Shown in pieces: positions 28,098 through 38,485 of a stretch of 59,190 bases of DNA. The translations under genes and the position numbers were made by a program. Within the stretch, counting starts at the first letter, position 1, and every line of letters starts with the position of its first letter. Below the pieces are notes generated by a model. That model was not told the origin of the DNA, searched no databases, and was given only the letters and a program-made list of their open reading frames with translations. The stretch lies in the NCBI GenBank assembly GCA_041746255.1, contig JBGTHM010000064.1, positions 1-59,190 of the forward strand. The letters are read 5' to 3'. This DNA comes from Fibrobacteria bacterium. Lineage in GTDB: Bacteria > Fibrobacterota > Fibrobacteria > UBA11236.

Positions 28098-29587
28098 GGA
28101 GTACCTCCCGCACCTACAGCCAGGCTTGCTAAACGGAAAACCGTTTCCGGAAAGAAAAAAAGCGCGATGGATAGTAAACCCGTAACCACGGGGGGCACGA
28201 CGCACCATAAAGGCGCTTCACGTATTCCTGCGAGGGAAACCTCATCCACCGCTTTATCGCCGGGAAAAAACGCCCGGAAGGTGATGGGCAAAAAATAGGC
28301 CGCGTTCAAAAGGGAGCTGACCAAAAAGACGATCATGAATAGGCCTTCGTCCCCGCGCAGACTGCCCAGTATAAGGTAAAACTTGCTGAGCAGGCCTCCG
28401 GCGGGAGGAAGTCCGATAACACTTAAGGAACCGAGGAAGAAAGCCGCGAAGGTGAAAGGCATTGCACGACCCAGGCCCACCATTTGGCTGATGTATTTCT
28501 TGCCGGTGGCGACGAAAATGGCGCCCGCACAGAAGAACAGAGTGATTTTGCCGAAAGCGTGCATAACGATATGGGAAAGCGCCCCCGCCACGGCGGTTTG
28601 GTGAAGTAACGCCGCGCCCAGTATGATATACGAAAGCTGCCCGATGGTGGAATAGGCCAATCGTCTTTTGAGATTGTCCTGGAATAAGGCGATGAGCGAG
28701 GATAACAAGATGGTAATGGAAGCCAACACGGCAACGATAGTGGCGGCCTTAATGCCGCTGATAAAAAGGGTCTTGAGCGTTTCCAGCCCGAAAACGTCCG
28801 TGAATACCCGTAGCACGGAAAAGACCCCTACCTTTACCACCGCCACAGCATGCAATAAGGCGCTGACCGGAGTCGGAGCCACCATGGCTCCCGGCAGCCA
28901 TCCATGCAAAGGCATGAGCCCGGACTTGGCGAAGCCGAATACGAAAAGCAGCAGTAAAAAAGTCAGTACCGCAGGCGAGGCGGTTCCACCCAGAAATCCC
29001 GTCCCGGTAAATTCCAAGGTACCCGCCAGCAAATAGCTGGCTATCAAGGCCGGCAGCGCGAAACCGATGGAAGAAGCCAGCAGGTAACTCAGGTATTTCC
29101 GTCCTCCGTCGCGCGCCTCCTTATCCTGGTGATGGGTGACCAAGGGGTAGGTGGAAAGCGAGAGTATTTCATAGAAAAGATACAGCGTCAAAAGATTACC
29201 CGCGAAGGCTACGCCCAACGTGGCCGACAAGGCCAGGGCGAAAAAGCAGAAGAACCGGGTTTGCGCATGTTCCTTCAGGCCCCGCATATATCCGATGGAG
29301 TAGATGGTAGTGACAATCCACAGCGATGAAGCCACCAGAGCGAACAATATTCCCATGGCGTCGACGCGAAAGCGAATGGCCAAACCGGGCAGTATCTCCC
29401 ACAGCGTGTAGGTCACCGTCTCTCCGGCCAGGATAACGGGCAGCATGCTCAATACCAGGAGCAGTTTCGTGATACCCGCCGCGAAGGTAAAAGCCTCACG
29501 GAGATTGGGGCGCTTGCCGGACAGGGCTATCAAAGGCACTGCAGCCAGCGAACTCAACATGGCCAGCAGGGGTGTAAGCGAAACCAT
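28094..29587 (-). CDS. Mrp D-type antiporter-like subunit D2 (operon II)
   Basis: YLFYEIL, KSGLMPLHGWLP, SALLHAVAVVKVG, HAFGKITLFF. Confidence 0.9.
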   Translation of the reverse strand: MVSLTPLLAMLSSLAAVPLIALSGKRPNLREAFTFAAGITKLLLVLSMLPVILAGETVTYTLWEILPGLAIRFRVDAMGILFALVASSLWIVTTIYSIGYMRGLKEHAQTRFFCFFALALSATLGVAFAGNLLTLYLFYEILSLSTYPLVTHHQDKEARDGGRKYLSYLLASSIGFALPALIASYLLAGTLEFTGTGFLGGTASPAVLTFLLLLFVFGFAKSGLMPLHGWLPGAMVAPTPVSALLHAVAVVKVGVFSVLRVFTDVFGLETLKTLFISGIKAATIVAVLASITILLSSLIALFQDNLKRRLAYSTIGQLSYIILGAALLHQTAVAGALSHIVMHAFGKITLFFCAGAIFVATGKKYISQMVGLGRAMPFTFAAFFLGSLSVIGLPPAGGLLSKFYLILGSLRGDEGLFMIVFLVSSLLNAAYFLPITFRAFFPGDKAVDEVSLAGIREAPLWCVVPPVVTGLLSIALFFFPETVFRLASLAVGAGGTP

Positions 29588-29588
29588 C

Positions 29589-31103
29589 TTAAAACAATCC
29601 CGGCGGCATGGCGTGCGTTATCAATTTTTCGATGAGAGTGCCTGAGAAAATGCCCAAGGCGAAGATTACGGCCACTCCCACCCACAGGGGAATCAACATG
29701 CCGACCGGAGCCTCCTCACTTTCCGTGGGGGAATGGTGGTCATGGTGGCCGTGATCGCCATGCTCCTCATCCAAGGATCCGAAAAAGGCTTTTTCCACCA
29801 CTCGGAAAACCAGTATTGCGGCGACCAGGCTGGAAAACAGCAGTGCCGCCATAAAGACCCAATTCCGGGCTTCGATCGCCCCGGAAAGTAGGTACCACTT
29901 ACTGAAGAATCCTCCTGTGGGAGGAATGCCGATAACTGAAAGCCCTACCGCGACAAAGGCCGCCAGCGTCCAGGGCATGGTTTTGAAACGCCCCGAAAAG
30001 CTTTCAATGCTTCCGTCGCCTCTCAGCGCGATGATGCCCGCCACCATGAAAAGGCAAAGGGTCATCACCATATCCACGACGATATGGAATATGGCACCCG
30101 TCAGACCGGCGGTATTGCCGAGCCACGCGCCGCCCACCATGTAACCGATTTCCGCGACTACGATATAGGTGAGCATTCTCTTGAAATCGGTTTGAATCAA
30201 GGCCAGCGAAGCCCCCGCCACGATGGCCACGGCGGCGATGTAAGGCACCACGTCGCTCCAAGTAGTGGTGGTAAATACGAAATGCGGCGAAAAGACATTG
30301 TACATGATGCGAATCATCACGTACACCGTCACCTTCGTGACTAGGGGCGCTATCAGGCAAGTGGCCGGGGTCGAAGCGTCGGTATACGCGCCGGGAAGCC
30401 ATCCATGCAGCGGGAACAAACCCATCTTTATCCATAAACCCACCATCATCAGGATGAAGCCGGCAGTGAGAGTGGGAGAACCATATAGATCCGGCATTCT
30501 CGCGAAGAGATCCGGCATGAAAAGCGTGCCGGTTTTGATATACATGTAACCCACGCCCAACAGGTAGAAGGAAGCGCCGATGGTGCCCAACAGCAAATAG
30601 TTCAGGGTGGAGAGATAGGCTCGGCCGCCTCCGAGTGATAAAAGCGCATAACTTGCAAGTGCGGTGATTTCCACCAGCACGTAAAGGTTGAAGGCATCCC
30701 CCGTCACCGTCATGCCCATGAGGCCGGTCACCAGCAGCAGGTAGAGGGAATGGAATTGCGGCAGTTTTGCCGAAAACTCCTCCGCGATGAGGCCACGGGA
30801 ATACCAAAGCGCCAACAGGGCCGAGCCCGGAATAAAGGGGAGAATCAAGGCATTGAGCGCATCGACAACGTATTCGATACCAATGGGACCGGGCCATCCC
30901 CCCATGCGATACCGCAGGCTGCCTTCGGCCAGAACCCGACATACGACCATCAAAGCGAAAACCAGGGACCCCACCAGGCTCGCGATCGCTATCGGGCTGG
31001 AGTAACGTGGGCGATACAAGCCCCATACCCCTGCCAGCAAGGCCCCGAATAAGGGAAAGAGCTCGGCCAGAGCGGGGCTTTGGCTCCAGAGCGCGGCTAT
31101 CAC
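29589..31103 (-). CDS. mrpD: Mrp D-type subunit D1 (operon II)
   Basis: GGWPGPIGI, GDAFNLYVLVEI, KMGLFPLHGWLP, GFFSKW. Confidence 0.9.
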   Translation of the reverse strand: MIAALWSQSPALAELFPLFGALLAGVWGLYRPRYSSPIAIASLVGSLVFALMVVCRVLAEGSLRYRMGGWPGPIGIEYVVDALNALILPFIPGSALLALWYSRGLIAEEFSAKLPQFHSLYLLLVTGLMGMTVTGDAFNLYVLVEITALASYALLSLGGGRAYLSTLNYLLLGTIGASFYLLGVGYMYIKTGTLFMPDLFARMPDLYGSPTLTAGFILMMVGLWIKMGLFPLHGWLPGAYTDASTPATCLIAPLVTKVTVYVMIRIMYNVFSPHFVFTTTTWSDVVPYIAAVAIVAGASLALIQTDFKRMLTYIVVAEIGYMVGGAWLGNTAGLTGAIFHIVVDMVMTLCLFMVAGIIALRGDGSIESFSGRFKTMPWTLAAFVAVGLSVIGIPPTGGFFSKWYLLSGAIEARNWVFMAALLFSSLVAAILVFRVVEKAFFGSLDEEHGDHGHHDHHSPTESEEAPVGMLIPLWVGVAVIFALGIFSGTLIEKLITHAMPPGLF

Positions 31104-31483
31104 GTTGACTTCTCCAGAATTTCGTTTTCTTCGACGGTGCCGTATTTCCCGTGGACTTTCTGGATGAGACTCAAGGCCACACCCAAGGTGCTGACCCCCA
31201 CTACGATGGCTGTAAGCATAAGTACGTGGACCAGGGGATTGGCATAATCGGCGGGATTGATGGGAGTCGCATCCGGCCCATAGTAGTTTCGCAGGATGGG
31301 TATGGTGGCCTCATCCTTGGCTCCAATGGAAACGAAGAATAAGATGATGGCCGCCTGGAAGATGGTCATGCCGATGACCTTCTTGACCAGGTTTCTCTTT
31401 CCGATCATGGCCCAAAGGCCAATTAACAGAAGCACGAGGTAAATTCCGAAACTGAATTTCTCCACCACTTCCACCATGTTCAC
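31100..31483 (-). CDS. mrpC: Mrp antiporter subunit C (operon II)
   Basis: NLVKKVIG, NPLVHVLMLTAIVVG. Confidence 0.9.
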   Translation of the reverse strand: MNMVEVVEKFSFGIYLVLLLIGLWAMIGKRNLVKKVIGMTIFQAAIILFFVSIGAKDEATIPILRNYYGPDATPINPADYANPLVHVLMLTAIVVGVSTLGVALSLIQKVHGKYGTVEENEILEKST

Positions 31484-32232
31484 AGGCCCTCATCGATATT
31501 GCCCTTAGAGGCCAAATCCAGGTATATGGAGAGCATCACGGCGGTTACGGTAAACGCCACCCCGATTTCAATCCCCAGCATGGCATGCGAACGGGCCATG
31601 ATAGGATCGGTCGCGGGAAGTATGGCGCTTAGATAACTGTAATCAAGGAAATTTCCCCCGAGCAAAAGGGGAATGAGCCCGATACCGGCATAGATTAATA
31701 CACCGATACCTCCCAAGGCGGAAACCGTTTTCAAGCGTACTTTGCTCAAAACGGTTTTGATATCGAAAGCCATGGCCAAAAGGATGAGACTGGCGCCCAG
31801 GATGACGCCGCCCTGGAAACCACCGCCCGGACTATAATGGCCGTGCGCCACCACGTATAACGCGAAGACTTGCATGAAGGGAATTAGCAGCCGACAGCCG
31901 GTGGCGATGATGAGGTCGGCACTATGTTCACGGGGAGGACGAGCATGCGCCGAAGTATTGGATGCGCCTCCCCGTCTCAGCACCAGCAGGATGGCCAAGC
32001 CGGCGCAGAAAATTACCGCCGTTTCGAACATGGTATCGTAGCCGCGGTAATCCGCCAATACCGCGGTTACGAGATTCGGAACATGGGTTTCTGCATAGGT
32101 TTGCGTGATGTAATGGGGAGAAAGATGCGTACTGGCCGGAGAGGAGGGATCACCCCAATCGGGAAAATCGCTCTCGGCGAGTAGCAGCACCGCACCGGCG
32201 GCCAGACAGGTGAGCAAGGCGAATGTCTTCAA
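31480..32232 (-). CDS. mrpB: Mrp subunit B with N-terminal MbhE-like part (operon II)
   Basis: PNLVTAVLADYRGYDTMFE, HGHYSPGGGFQGG; start re-called to the TTG overlap at 32232. Confidence 0.88.
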   Translation of the reverse strand: MKTFALLTCLAAGAVLLLAESDFPDWGDPSSPASTHLSPHYITQTYAETHVPNLVTAVLADYRGYDTMFETAVIFCAGLAILLVLRRGGASNTSAHARPPREHSADLIIATGCRLLIPFMQVFALYVVAHGHYSPGGGFQGGVILGASLILLAMAFDIKTVLSKVRLKTVSALGGIGVLIYAGIGLIPLLLGGNFLDYSYLSAILPATDPIMARSHAMLGIEIGVAFTVTAVMLSIYLDLASKGNIDEGL

Positions 32233-32474
32233 TCCTGACTCCGCCGGTTGATATGAAGAATCGTCGCAATGAAGAAAACGGTGCTGACCCCCGCGCCCAC
32301 CGCCGCCTCGGTGAATGCCACGTCCACTGCCCCCATTCCCAGCCACAAAAGGCAAAGCATGAAGCTAAACGCCCCCAGGATAATGGAAGAGCCGATCAGG
32401 TCTTTGACCTGCAAGGCCGCCAGGGCGCACACCACCAAAAAGACCAGCAAGGTCAGCTCAAACGCCCAGATCAT
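32229..32474 (-). CDS. DUF4040/MbhD-like Mrp subunit (operon II)
   Basis: MGAVDVAFTEAAVGAG; start re-called to the ATGA overlap at 32474. Confidence 0.88.
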   Translation of the reverse strand: MIWAFELTLLVFLVVCALAALQVKDLIGSSIILGAFSFMLCLLWLGMGAVDVAFTEAAVGAGVSTVFFIATILHINRRSQD

Positions 32475-32815
32475 GGATCGGTCTTCTCTTCGCTTGTGGA
32501 TTTCTTCTTCCAAGGCTTTATCCCCAGCGAATACCCCGCGTCCATGATGGCATGGGAAGCCGTGGGGCTGCCGATGAAGATAAAGACTCCTATGATGAGA
32601 ACTTTCAGGCTTACAAGCAGCGCGCTCCAGGTGAAGTGATGGAGATTGTAAGCGGCGAAGCCCAATAACATCAACTCAGTCGAGAAGGTATCGCCCTTAC
32701 CGGCGGCATGCAGACGGGTATAAAAATCGGGAAAGCGCATGATACCCACGACCGATCCGAGGAAAAAAATCAGCCCGGAAGTCAGAAATAGGACGGTAAT
32801 AACATTGAGAATCAT
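32471..32815 (-). CDS. mrpG: Mrp antiporter subunit G (operon II)
   Basis: RFPDFYTRLHAAGK, SPTASHAI. Confidence 0.92.
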   Translation of the reverse strand: MILNVITVLFLTSGLIFFLGSVVGIMRFPDFYTRLHAAGKGDTFSTELMLLGFAAYNLHHFTWSALLVSLKVLIIGVFIFIGSPTASHAIMDAGYSLGIKPWKKKSTSEEKTDP

Positions 32816-33117
32816 GGGCTGGAATGCCTTTCGGCGACGGTATCCACCTCCCGCGCAATTTTATGCCTTTCAAAAAAGCGGGCGGCCGCGAGTGAAACGA
32901 TGAAGTTGAGCAAGGCGTATGCCAGCGCAATGTCCACGAACATGTCGAGGCGTCCGAAAATGACGCCGATGATGAGAATCAGGATGGTGGTTTTGGTGCC
33001 TATGACGTTCACCGCCAGGATCCTGTCGATCACGGTGGGCCCGATGAAGGCTCTGATCAAGAGCAGCAGCATCAGTCCGATAAGGAATATTCCCATGGCG
33101 AGGAAAAAAACTTCCAT
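32812..33117 (-). CDS. mrpF: Mrp antiporter subunit F (operon II)
   Basis: GPTVIDRILAVN, FVDIALAYALLNF. Confidence 0.92.
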   Translation of the reverse strand: MEVFFLAMGIFLIGLMLLLLIRAFIGPTVIDRILAVNVIGTKTTILILIIGVIFGRLDMFVDIALAYALLNFIVSLAAARFFERHKIAREVDTVAERHSSP

Positions 33118-33659
33118 CAGGCTTCCTCCTCGAATATCTCCCGGACCTGGCGCTCCATTTGCGCTCCTTCTTCCGGAAGGTGATCCGGACCGCGCACCAG
33201 AAAATCACCCGCAGCTTCGGGGGTAATGGCGTGCACCAGAAACTTGTTTCCCGAAATGCGTACCGTAACCGTACCGGGAGTCAAGGTGATGGAATTGGCC
33301 AACATGAACTTGGCAAAATCGCTCTTGAGGCGAACCTCGTAGAGGAAAAGCTGGGGATCAATAATCTCGTGTATGCGTGGATGAAAGGAAAGCCGGAGCA
33401 TTTGGACGTTGGCTACGATAATCTGCCATTGCAACCAGAGGAAAAAACGCAGGTGATGCCAACGGAAAAAACGCAATGTCGTGATGAGGGCGTGCCATCC
33501 GCTGCGGGAAGGGCTGCGATTGCGAAAAAGGAGATCGCCCGACCAGGCGGCTACCAAGGCCGAGGAGATAAGCCCTAACGTAATATGGAAGGCATCAAAC
33601 ATGCCCGACAATACCAGCCAGAAGCCGAAGAGAATGAAAAAAGTCTTCAGAAAATACAT
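33117..33659 (-). CDS. mrpE: Mrp antiporter subunit E (operon II)
   Basis: ANSITLTPGTVT, VHAI; start re-called to ATG 33659. Confidence 0.9.
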   Translation of the reverse strand: MYFLKTFFILFGFWLVLSGMFDAFHITLGLISSALVAAWSGDLLFRNRSPSRSGWHALITTLRFFRWHHLRFFLWLQWQIIVANVQMLRLSFHPRIHEIIDPQLFLYEVRLKSDFAKFMLANSITLTPGTVTVRISGNKFLVHAITPEAAGDFLVRGPDHLPEEGAQMERQVREIFEEEA

Positions 33660-33741
33660 ATCTATTTTTGGGATCGATTTGGATAGGAAGGTAGCAATAG
33701 GCTTCCAGGCATGCAACGTAAAATGGGCGGTTTTCCGTTGT

Positions 33742-35493
33742 TTACCCAAGCGCAATCAATAAAAGACAAGTTCCGAAAAGAATAATCAATAAAAGCCCTA
33801 CATTCGGCCAGGCGCGCAATCGCAGCTCTGTTTGTAGGGAAACCCGCCTTGCCATTTTCTTTTCCAGGGTGTCTATACACGTAAGTGTTACCTTCGCAAT
33901 TTTCAGCGCGAGACGGGTCAATATCGCTTGCGGGAACATCCGGTTCAGGCGGAGGCAAAGCCGAGACATCCCGACAATAAAATCTCCGGCCGGAACACGT
34001 CGCCACCAAAGCACTTCCTCCTTGGCCAATTTTTTCATCGCCCATCTTCCCAGCAGGGCGGCCGATATAATCGGCCAGGACAAGGCCCATAGGTTTGCTG
34101 CCTCTAAGCTTTTTTTCCAAGGGTTCTCCACTGCGGGCCAAATCCAGGTGGCTCCGGCGACGGCAACCAGCAACGCAGACCACGAAACCCACATGCCTGC
34201 CGACCTTTTCGCTTGCGCCCATTGGGGTTTTCGAACCCACACAAGCACCAGGAAGCGAAACATTAACAAGGTGGTTCCCATGGCCGCTATCGGTAAAATC
34301 CAGGCCTGCAGCCAAATTCCCCAGGGTTCCCGTACGGAATACGCACCGGCTTTCAGAGCGGTCTTGGCCAAGGCCCCGCTGGTCAAAGGCGCGCCCACAA
34401 GCGCTAAAGCAGGTAGACAAAGTCCGATACGCACCCATCTTTGCTGCAAGGGGGTCGCCGCGCTATCCACCATTCCCACACCCAAAAACAAACTTCCTTT
34501 TGCCAAACTGTGATGGATTGCATAAAGCACTACAGCGACGAGCGCCCCGGGAGCCGCATCGGGTCCCAGCATTACCATACCCATTCCGACTGCCATGAAT
34601 CCCATCTGGCTGATGCTGGAATAGGCCAGCACGGTCTTGGGATTGGACTGCGTAACTCCAACTGCCGCCCCGAAAAAGGCCGTAATCGTCCCCACCATTA
34701 CCAGCGCGCCCGAAAAATCCGTAACACCGGACTCACCCGCCGGTAAAAATCGAAGCCAACCAAGCAAACCGGCCTTGATCATCGCCCCGCTCAATATCGC
34801 ACTTGCCGGAACGGGCGCCGCAGGATGGGCTAGAGGAAGCCACATGTGCAATGGGAAAATCCCCGCTTTAATGCCAAAGCCGGCCAGAATGCAGAAAACG
34901 GCGACCCGACTGACTGGGAAGCCCGTCAAATCCTGGAAACGAATTCCTCCGGCAGCATACGCCAGTAAAATTATCCCCGCGGTTAAAAGCAATTCTCCCA
35001 GCACGACCATGACGATATAAATCCGGCCGGCACGCAACGCCTCCTCCTTGCCCAGATAAACGATCAATCCATACGCGGAGAAACTCATCAAAGCAAAACC
35101 GCCGTAGAAAACCAGCATATCCTGGGCGAGTATCAAGGTGAAATTTCCGGCCATGGTCAAAAGCCAAAAAAAGTGGAAGCGATGGAGGGTACTCTCCTCC
35201 GAAAAATACCCCCGCGCATAAAAACCCGAGAGGAGGTAGAGAAGCGCCGTGAATAACAGGAAGGCGCGCCCCAGCCCATCCAAACCCATATGGGCCCCCA
35301 ACAGAATCGAATCCAGTCGGAATAGTACCGGTTCCCCAATCCACAAGGCGGAGATGAGCGCCGGAACAGCCGCCCAGGGAGTCAGGATTCCGATTTTTCT
35401 GCGCCAACTTTCCACGGAAAATCCAAGCGCCAATACCAAAGGAATTCCCAACGTGGAGAGCAATAGCAGCTTGTGCAGCAGAACAGGGTTCAC
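33742..35493 (-). CDS. Mrp D-type/HyfB-like antiporter-like subunit D3 (operon I, terminal)
   Basis: KAGIFPLHMWLPLAHPAAP, SGAMIKAG, LAYSSISQMG; start re-called to the GTGA overlap at 35493. Confidence 0.87.
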   Translation of the reverse strand: MNPVLLHKLLLLSTLGIPLVLALGFSVESWRRKIGILTPWAAVPALISALWIGEPVLFRLDSILLGAHMGLDGLGRAFLLFTALLYLLSGFYARGYFSEESTLHRFHFFWLLTMAGNFTLILAQDMLVFYGGFALMSFSAYGLIVYLGKEEALRAGRIYIVMVVLGELLLTAGIILLAYAAGGIRFQDLTGFPVSRVAVFCILAGFGIKAGIFPLHMWLPLAHPAAPVPASAILSGAMIKAGLLGWLRFLPAGESGVTDFSGALVMVGTITAFFGAAVGVTQSNPKTVLAYSSISQMGFMAVGMGMVMLGPDAAPGALVAVVLYAIHHSLAKGSLFLGVGMVDSAATPLQQRWVRIGLCLPALALVGAPLTSGALAKTALKAGAYSVREPWGIWLQAWILPIAAMGTTLLMFRFLVLVWVRKPQWAQAKRSAGMWVSWSALLVAVAGATWIWPAVENPWKKSLEAANLWALSWPIISAALLGRWAMKKLAKEEVLWWRRVPAGDFIVGMSRLCLRLNRMFPQAILTRLALKIAKVTLTCIDTLEKKMARRVSLQTELRLRAWPNVGLLLIILFGTCLLLIALG

Positions 35494-36986
35494 GGTGCGT
35501 AAATTCTTTCCACAATCAATTGGGCCCATTGCAAGGGGCTGAACGAAGAGTTCGCGAAAACCCCGACCAGTATGACCGAGGCGGCGGTTACCACCGGAGG
35601 AATAACCAGCATCCATGGCGCCTCGAACCCTTTATGCTTGCGTTCTTGTGGCCAAGGATCTCGCCGTTTTTTAAACCAAACCGCATATACAATCGGCAGA
35701 AAGTACATCGCATTCAGCAAGCTGCTGCCCAGAAGCACCCCTATGAGTTCGCCTCTCCCGGCTTCAAGAGCGCCCAACCCCAGATACCATTTGCTGTAAA
35801 ACCCCGCCAAGGGAGGTAGGCCAATCATTCCCAACGCCGCCACCGTAAAAGCCGATGTGGTCCATGGCATACGTTTCCCCACTCCGTCCATTTCATTCAC
35901 CTTGTGCACTCCCAGGGTCTCCGCGAAAGTTCCCGCACAGAAAAACAGGGTGATTTTCATTAGCCCTTGGTGCACCAGGTGCGCCAAACCGCCTAGAGTC
36001 GCCAGCGGCCCGAATACGGAAGTCCCCAGCACGATGTAAGAGACCTGGCTTACGGTGGAGAAGGCCAGCCTCCTTTTCAAATCTTCCTGGAACAATGCGC
36101 GCATCGATCCATAAATGATGGTGAAAGCTGCCGCCCACGATAGTGGCGTAAGCACTCCCAATTCATTCGCGAATCCGATACCAAAGACATCGTATACGAC
36201 GCGCACGATTCCGAATACTCCGGCTTTGACGACCGCGACCGCATGAAGCAACGCACTCACCGGCGCCGGAGCCACCATGGCCATCGGCAACCAGCTATGC
36301 AAGGGAAAAAGGGCCGATTTGACTCCCAGCCCTACTATGAACATCGCGAAGATCGCCGTCAACTCGAAACGATACTCGGAAGCATGCGCCGCTAAGGCGC
36401 CCACTTCCTGGAAATCAACGGGACCCACAATGGATTGCAGCCATATAATAGTCACCAGCAACAGCATTCCGCCGCCTAAGGTATAGCCCAAATAAATCCG
36501 CCCCACGCGAAGGGCTTCCTGGGTGCCCTTATGCACAACGAGCGGATAAGTCGACAGCGTCAATATCTCATAGAAAACCAAAAAAGTGAGCAGGTTTCCC
36601 GCCATCGCGATTCCCGTCGTCGCGCTTACGCATAGGCTGAAGACCCCGAAAAAGCGGCTGCGGTTTCGACTCCCCTCCATGTAGCCCACGGCATAAATCG
36701 TGGTCACGAACCACAATAGAGAGGAAAGTGTTACAAATAGAACAGATAGTGAATCGGCGCGTAAAACGAATCGGAGATTCGTTCCCATGGAAAAACCCAT
36801 TTCATAGACTCCGTCATGGAATACTCCCCATAACAAAACGCCCACCATGACCAACTTGATGATCGCGCCGGCCAGATTCAGTCCCATGCGCAACCGTGCT
36901 CGCTCTTCCTCCAGAAAAAAGATGACTACGCCCGTAACCAGGGAGCTGATGACAATCAATGCCGGCAGCCAATCGTTGAATATCAA
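35490..36986 (-). CDS. Mrp D-type antiporter-like subunit D2 (operon I)
   Basis: LVFYEIL, KSALFPLHSWLP, SALLHAVAVVKAG, GFYSKW; start re-called to the TTGA overlap at 36986. Confidence 0.9.
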   Translation of the reverse strand: MIFNDWLPALIVISSLVTGVVIFFLEEERARLRMGLNLAGAIIKLVMVGVLLWGVFHDGVYEMGFSMGTNLRFVLRADSLSVLFVTLSSLLWFVTTIYAVGYMEGSRNRSRFFGVFSLCVSATTGIAMAGNLLTFLVFYEILTLSTYPLVVHKGTQEALRVGRIYLGYTLGGGMLLLVTIIWLQSIVGPVDFQEVGALAAHASEYRFELTAIFAMFIVGLGVKSALFPLHSWLPMAMVAPAPVSALLHAVAVVKAGVFGIVRVVYDVFGIGFANELGVLTPLSWAAAFTIIYGSMRALFQEDLKRRLAFSTVSQVSYIVLGTSVFGPLATLGGLAHLVHQGLMKITLFFCAGTFAETLGVHKVNEMDGVGKRMPWTTSAFTVAALGMIGLPPLAGFYSKWYLGLGALEAGRGELIGVLLGSSLLNAMYFLPIVYAVWFKKRRDPWPQERKHKGFEAPWMLVIPPVVTAASVILVGVFANSSFSPLQWAQLIVERIYAP

Positions 36987-38485
36987 GGGCCGACTCCGAC
37001 TTCCGGCCAAACATGCGCGGGTGCGTCAATGGTTATGAGGTCCAAGGGAAGCGAGGAAGCCAGGGCCATCAAGGAGGCTAACAGGGCCGTTGCCAACGCC
37101 GTCCATTCCATTACTGCGGAAACCGATTTGACTTGCGGTAAGTCTATCGGATCTTCGAAAGCGAAGCGGATCACTCTTACGACATACCCTATGGCCAATG
37201 CCGTCCCGCATAATACGGCAATCACAATCCACCAGCGGCCCTGGCTAATCGCCGCGTCCAACAGCAGCCATTTTCCGATAAACCCACCGCTCGGGGGCAG
37301 CCCCATCAGGCTTACCCCAGCCAGCGCCAAGGCGAACACCGACTTGGGCAACAATCTGGATATTCCCGCCAACCGCGAGATGGTGTCATGCCCTAAGGCC
37401 TGCAGTATGTTTCCCGCCGCCATAAACATCGCCGTTTTCGCCAGAGCATGGGCGGCGAGAAACAACAAGACCCCCGTCCAAGCTGTAAATCCGGTTTCTT
37501 CAGCCCGCGCCAAAGGAAAGACCAGGAACAAATATCCCAACTGTGCGACGGTAGAATAGGCCACCAATAATTTTAACCGAGACTGCCGTAGGGCATGCGC
37601 CGCGCCCCATATCAAACCCATCGCACCCAAGGCCCCGAACAGGTAGTCGGCGTAAGTGGTGTCGAGCGATGCGAAGCTGAAAAACCAAAGGCGCAAAAGG
37701 ATATAAAAGGGTCCCTTCGTCACCAACGCCGACAGCAGCGCGCTTACCGGTGTCGGTGCGTTGGAATGCGCGGGAGGCAACCAGAAATGGAGAGGGAATG
37801 CGGCGGTTTTAACGATCAGGCCCGCCGTCATCAGCGATATCGCCACCCAAGTGGCCATATTCGCACGTGATCTCTCCCCCAGCAAAGTCAAATCCAGGGT
37901 GCCATAAGTACCGTATAAAAACGCCACTCCCAGCAGGAAGAATAGCGAGCCCATCAAGCCGACCAGCAAATAGCGCATCGCCGCGGTCAAGGCATTGCGG
38001 GAATTGGCCAAAGCGACCAACGCAACCGCCGAAAACCCCACCATCTCCAAAGTGATGTAAAGATTAAAGATGTCGTTCGACAGAAACAAACCGTTGAGGC
38101 CCGCCCATAAGAACATCCACAGGGGCCAGAAATAACGGCGTTTATGGTTCTTTTCCTCATCGCTTGCTTTGGAACCGGGAGGAAAATATCCGATGGCATA
38201 GAGACTCACGCAGGCGCCCACCACAGCCGATATGACCAGCATCCACGCGCTGAGTCCGTCGACTCTGAAATCAATTCCCAACGGTGCGCCCCAACCGCCT
38301 AGAGAGTAGGTATTGGCTCCGTATGCTAGGGTTTGCGCTACCAAGCCCACCGTCGCGACCAAAATCAAAACGCCCGTAAACAGGCCTGCCCAGGTGGCGA
38401 TGCGCGGAAAGGTAAAAGTGACGATGGCGCCCATCAGGGGGAAAACCACCAGCCATGGAATCCAGGACAGGAATTCAGGATTCAC
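36983..38485 (-). CDS. mrpD: Mrp D-type subunit D1 (operon I)
   Basis: GGWGAPLGI, DIFNLYITLEM, KTAAFPLHFWLP, GFIGKW. Confidence 0.9.
   Translation of the reverse strand: MNPEFLSWIPWLVVFPLMGAIVTFTFPRIATWAGLFTGVLILVATVGLVAQTLAYGANTYSLGGWGAPLGIDFRVDGLSAWMLVISAVVGACVSLYAIGYFPPGSKASDEEKNHKRRYFWPLWMFLWAGLNGLFLSNDIFNLYITLEMVGFSAVALVALANSRNALTAAMRYLLVGLMGSLFFLLGVAFLYGTYGTLDLTLLGERSRANMATWVAISLMTAGLIVKTAAFPLHFWLPPAHSNAPTPVSALLSALVTKGPFYILLRLWFFSFASLDTTYADYLFGALGAMGLIWGAAHALRQSRLKLLVAYSTVAQLGYLFLVFPLARAEETGFTAWTGVLLFLAAHALAKTAMFMAAGNILQALGHDTISRLAGISRLLPKSVFALALAGVSLMGLPPSGGFIGKWLLLDAAISQGRWWIVIAVLCGTALAIGYVVRVIRFAFEDPIDLPQVKSVSAVMEWTALATALLASLMALASSLPLDLITIDAPAHVWPEVGVGP

Noticed and set aside
30004..31026. 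340-aa alternative-frame ORF and similar shadow ORFs over mrp, ppk1 and polA
   Set aside because: They lie within well-supported genes and show the Arg/Gly/His-rich composition typical of GC-rich off-frames.
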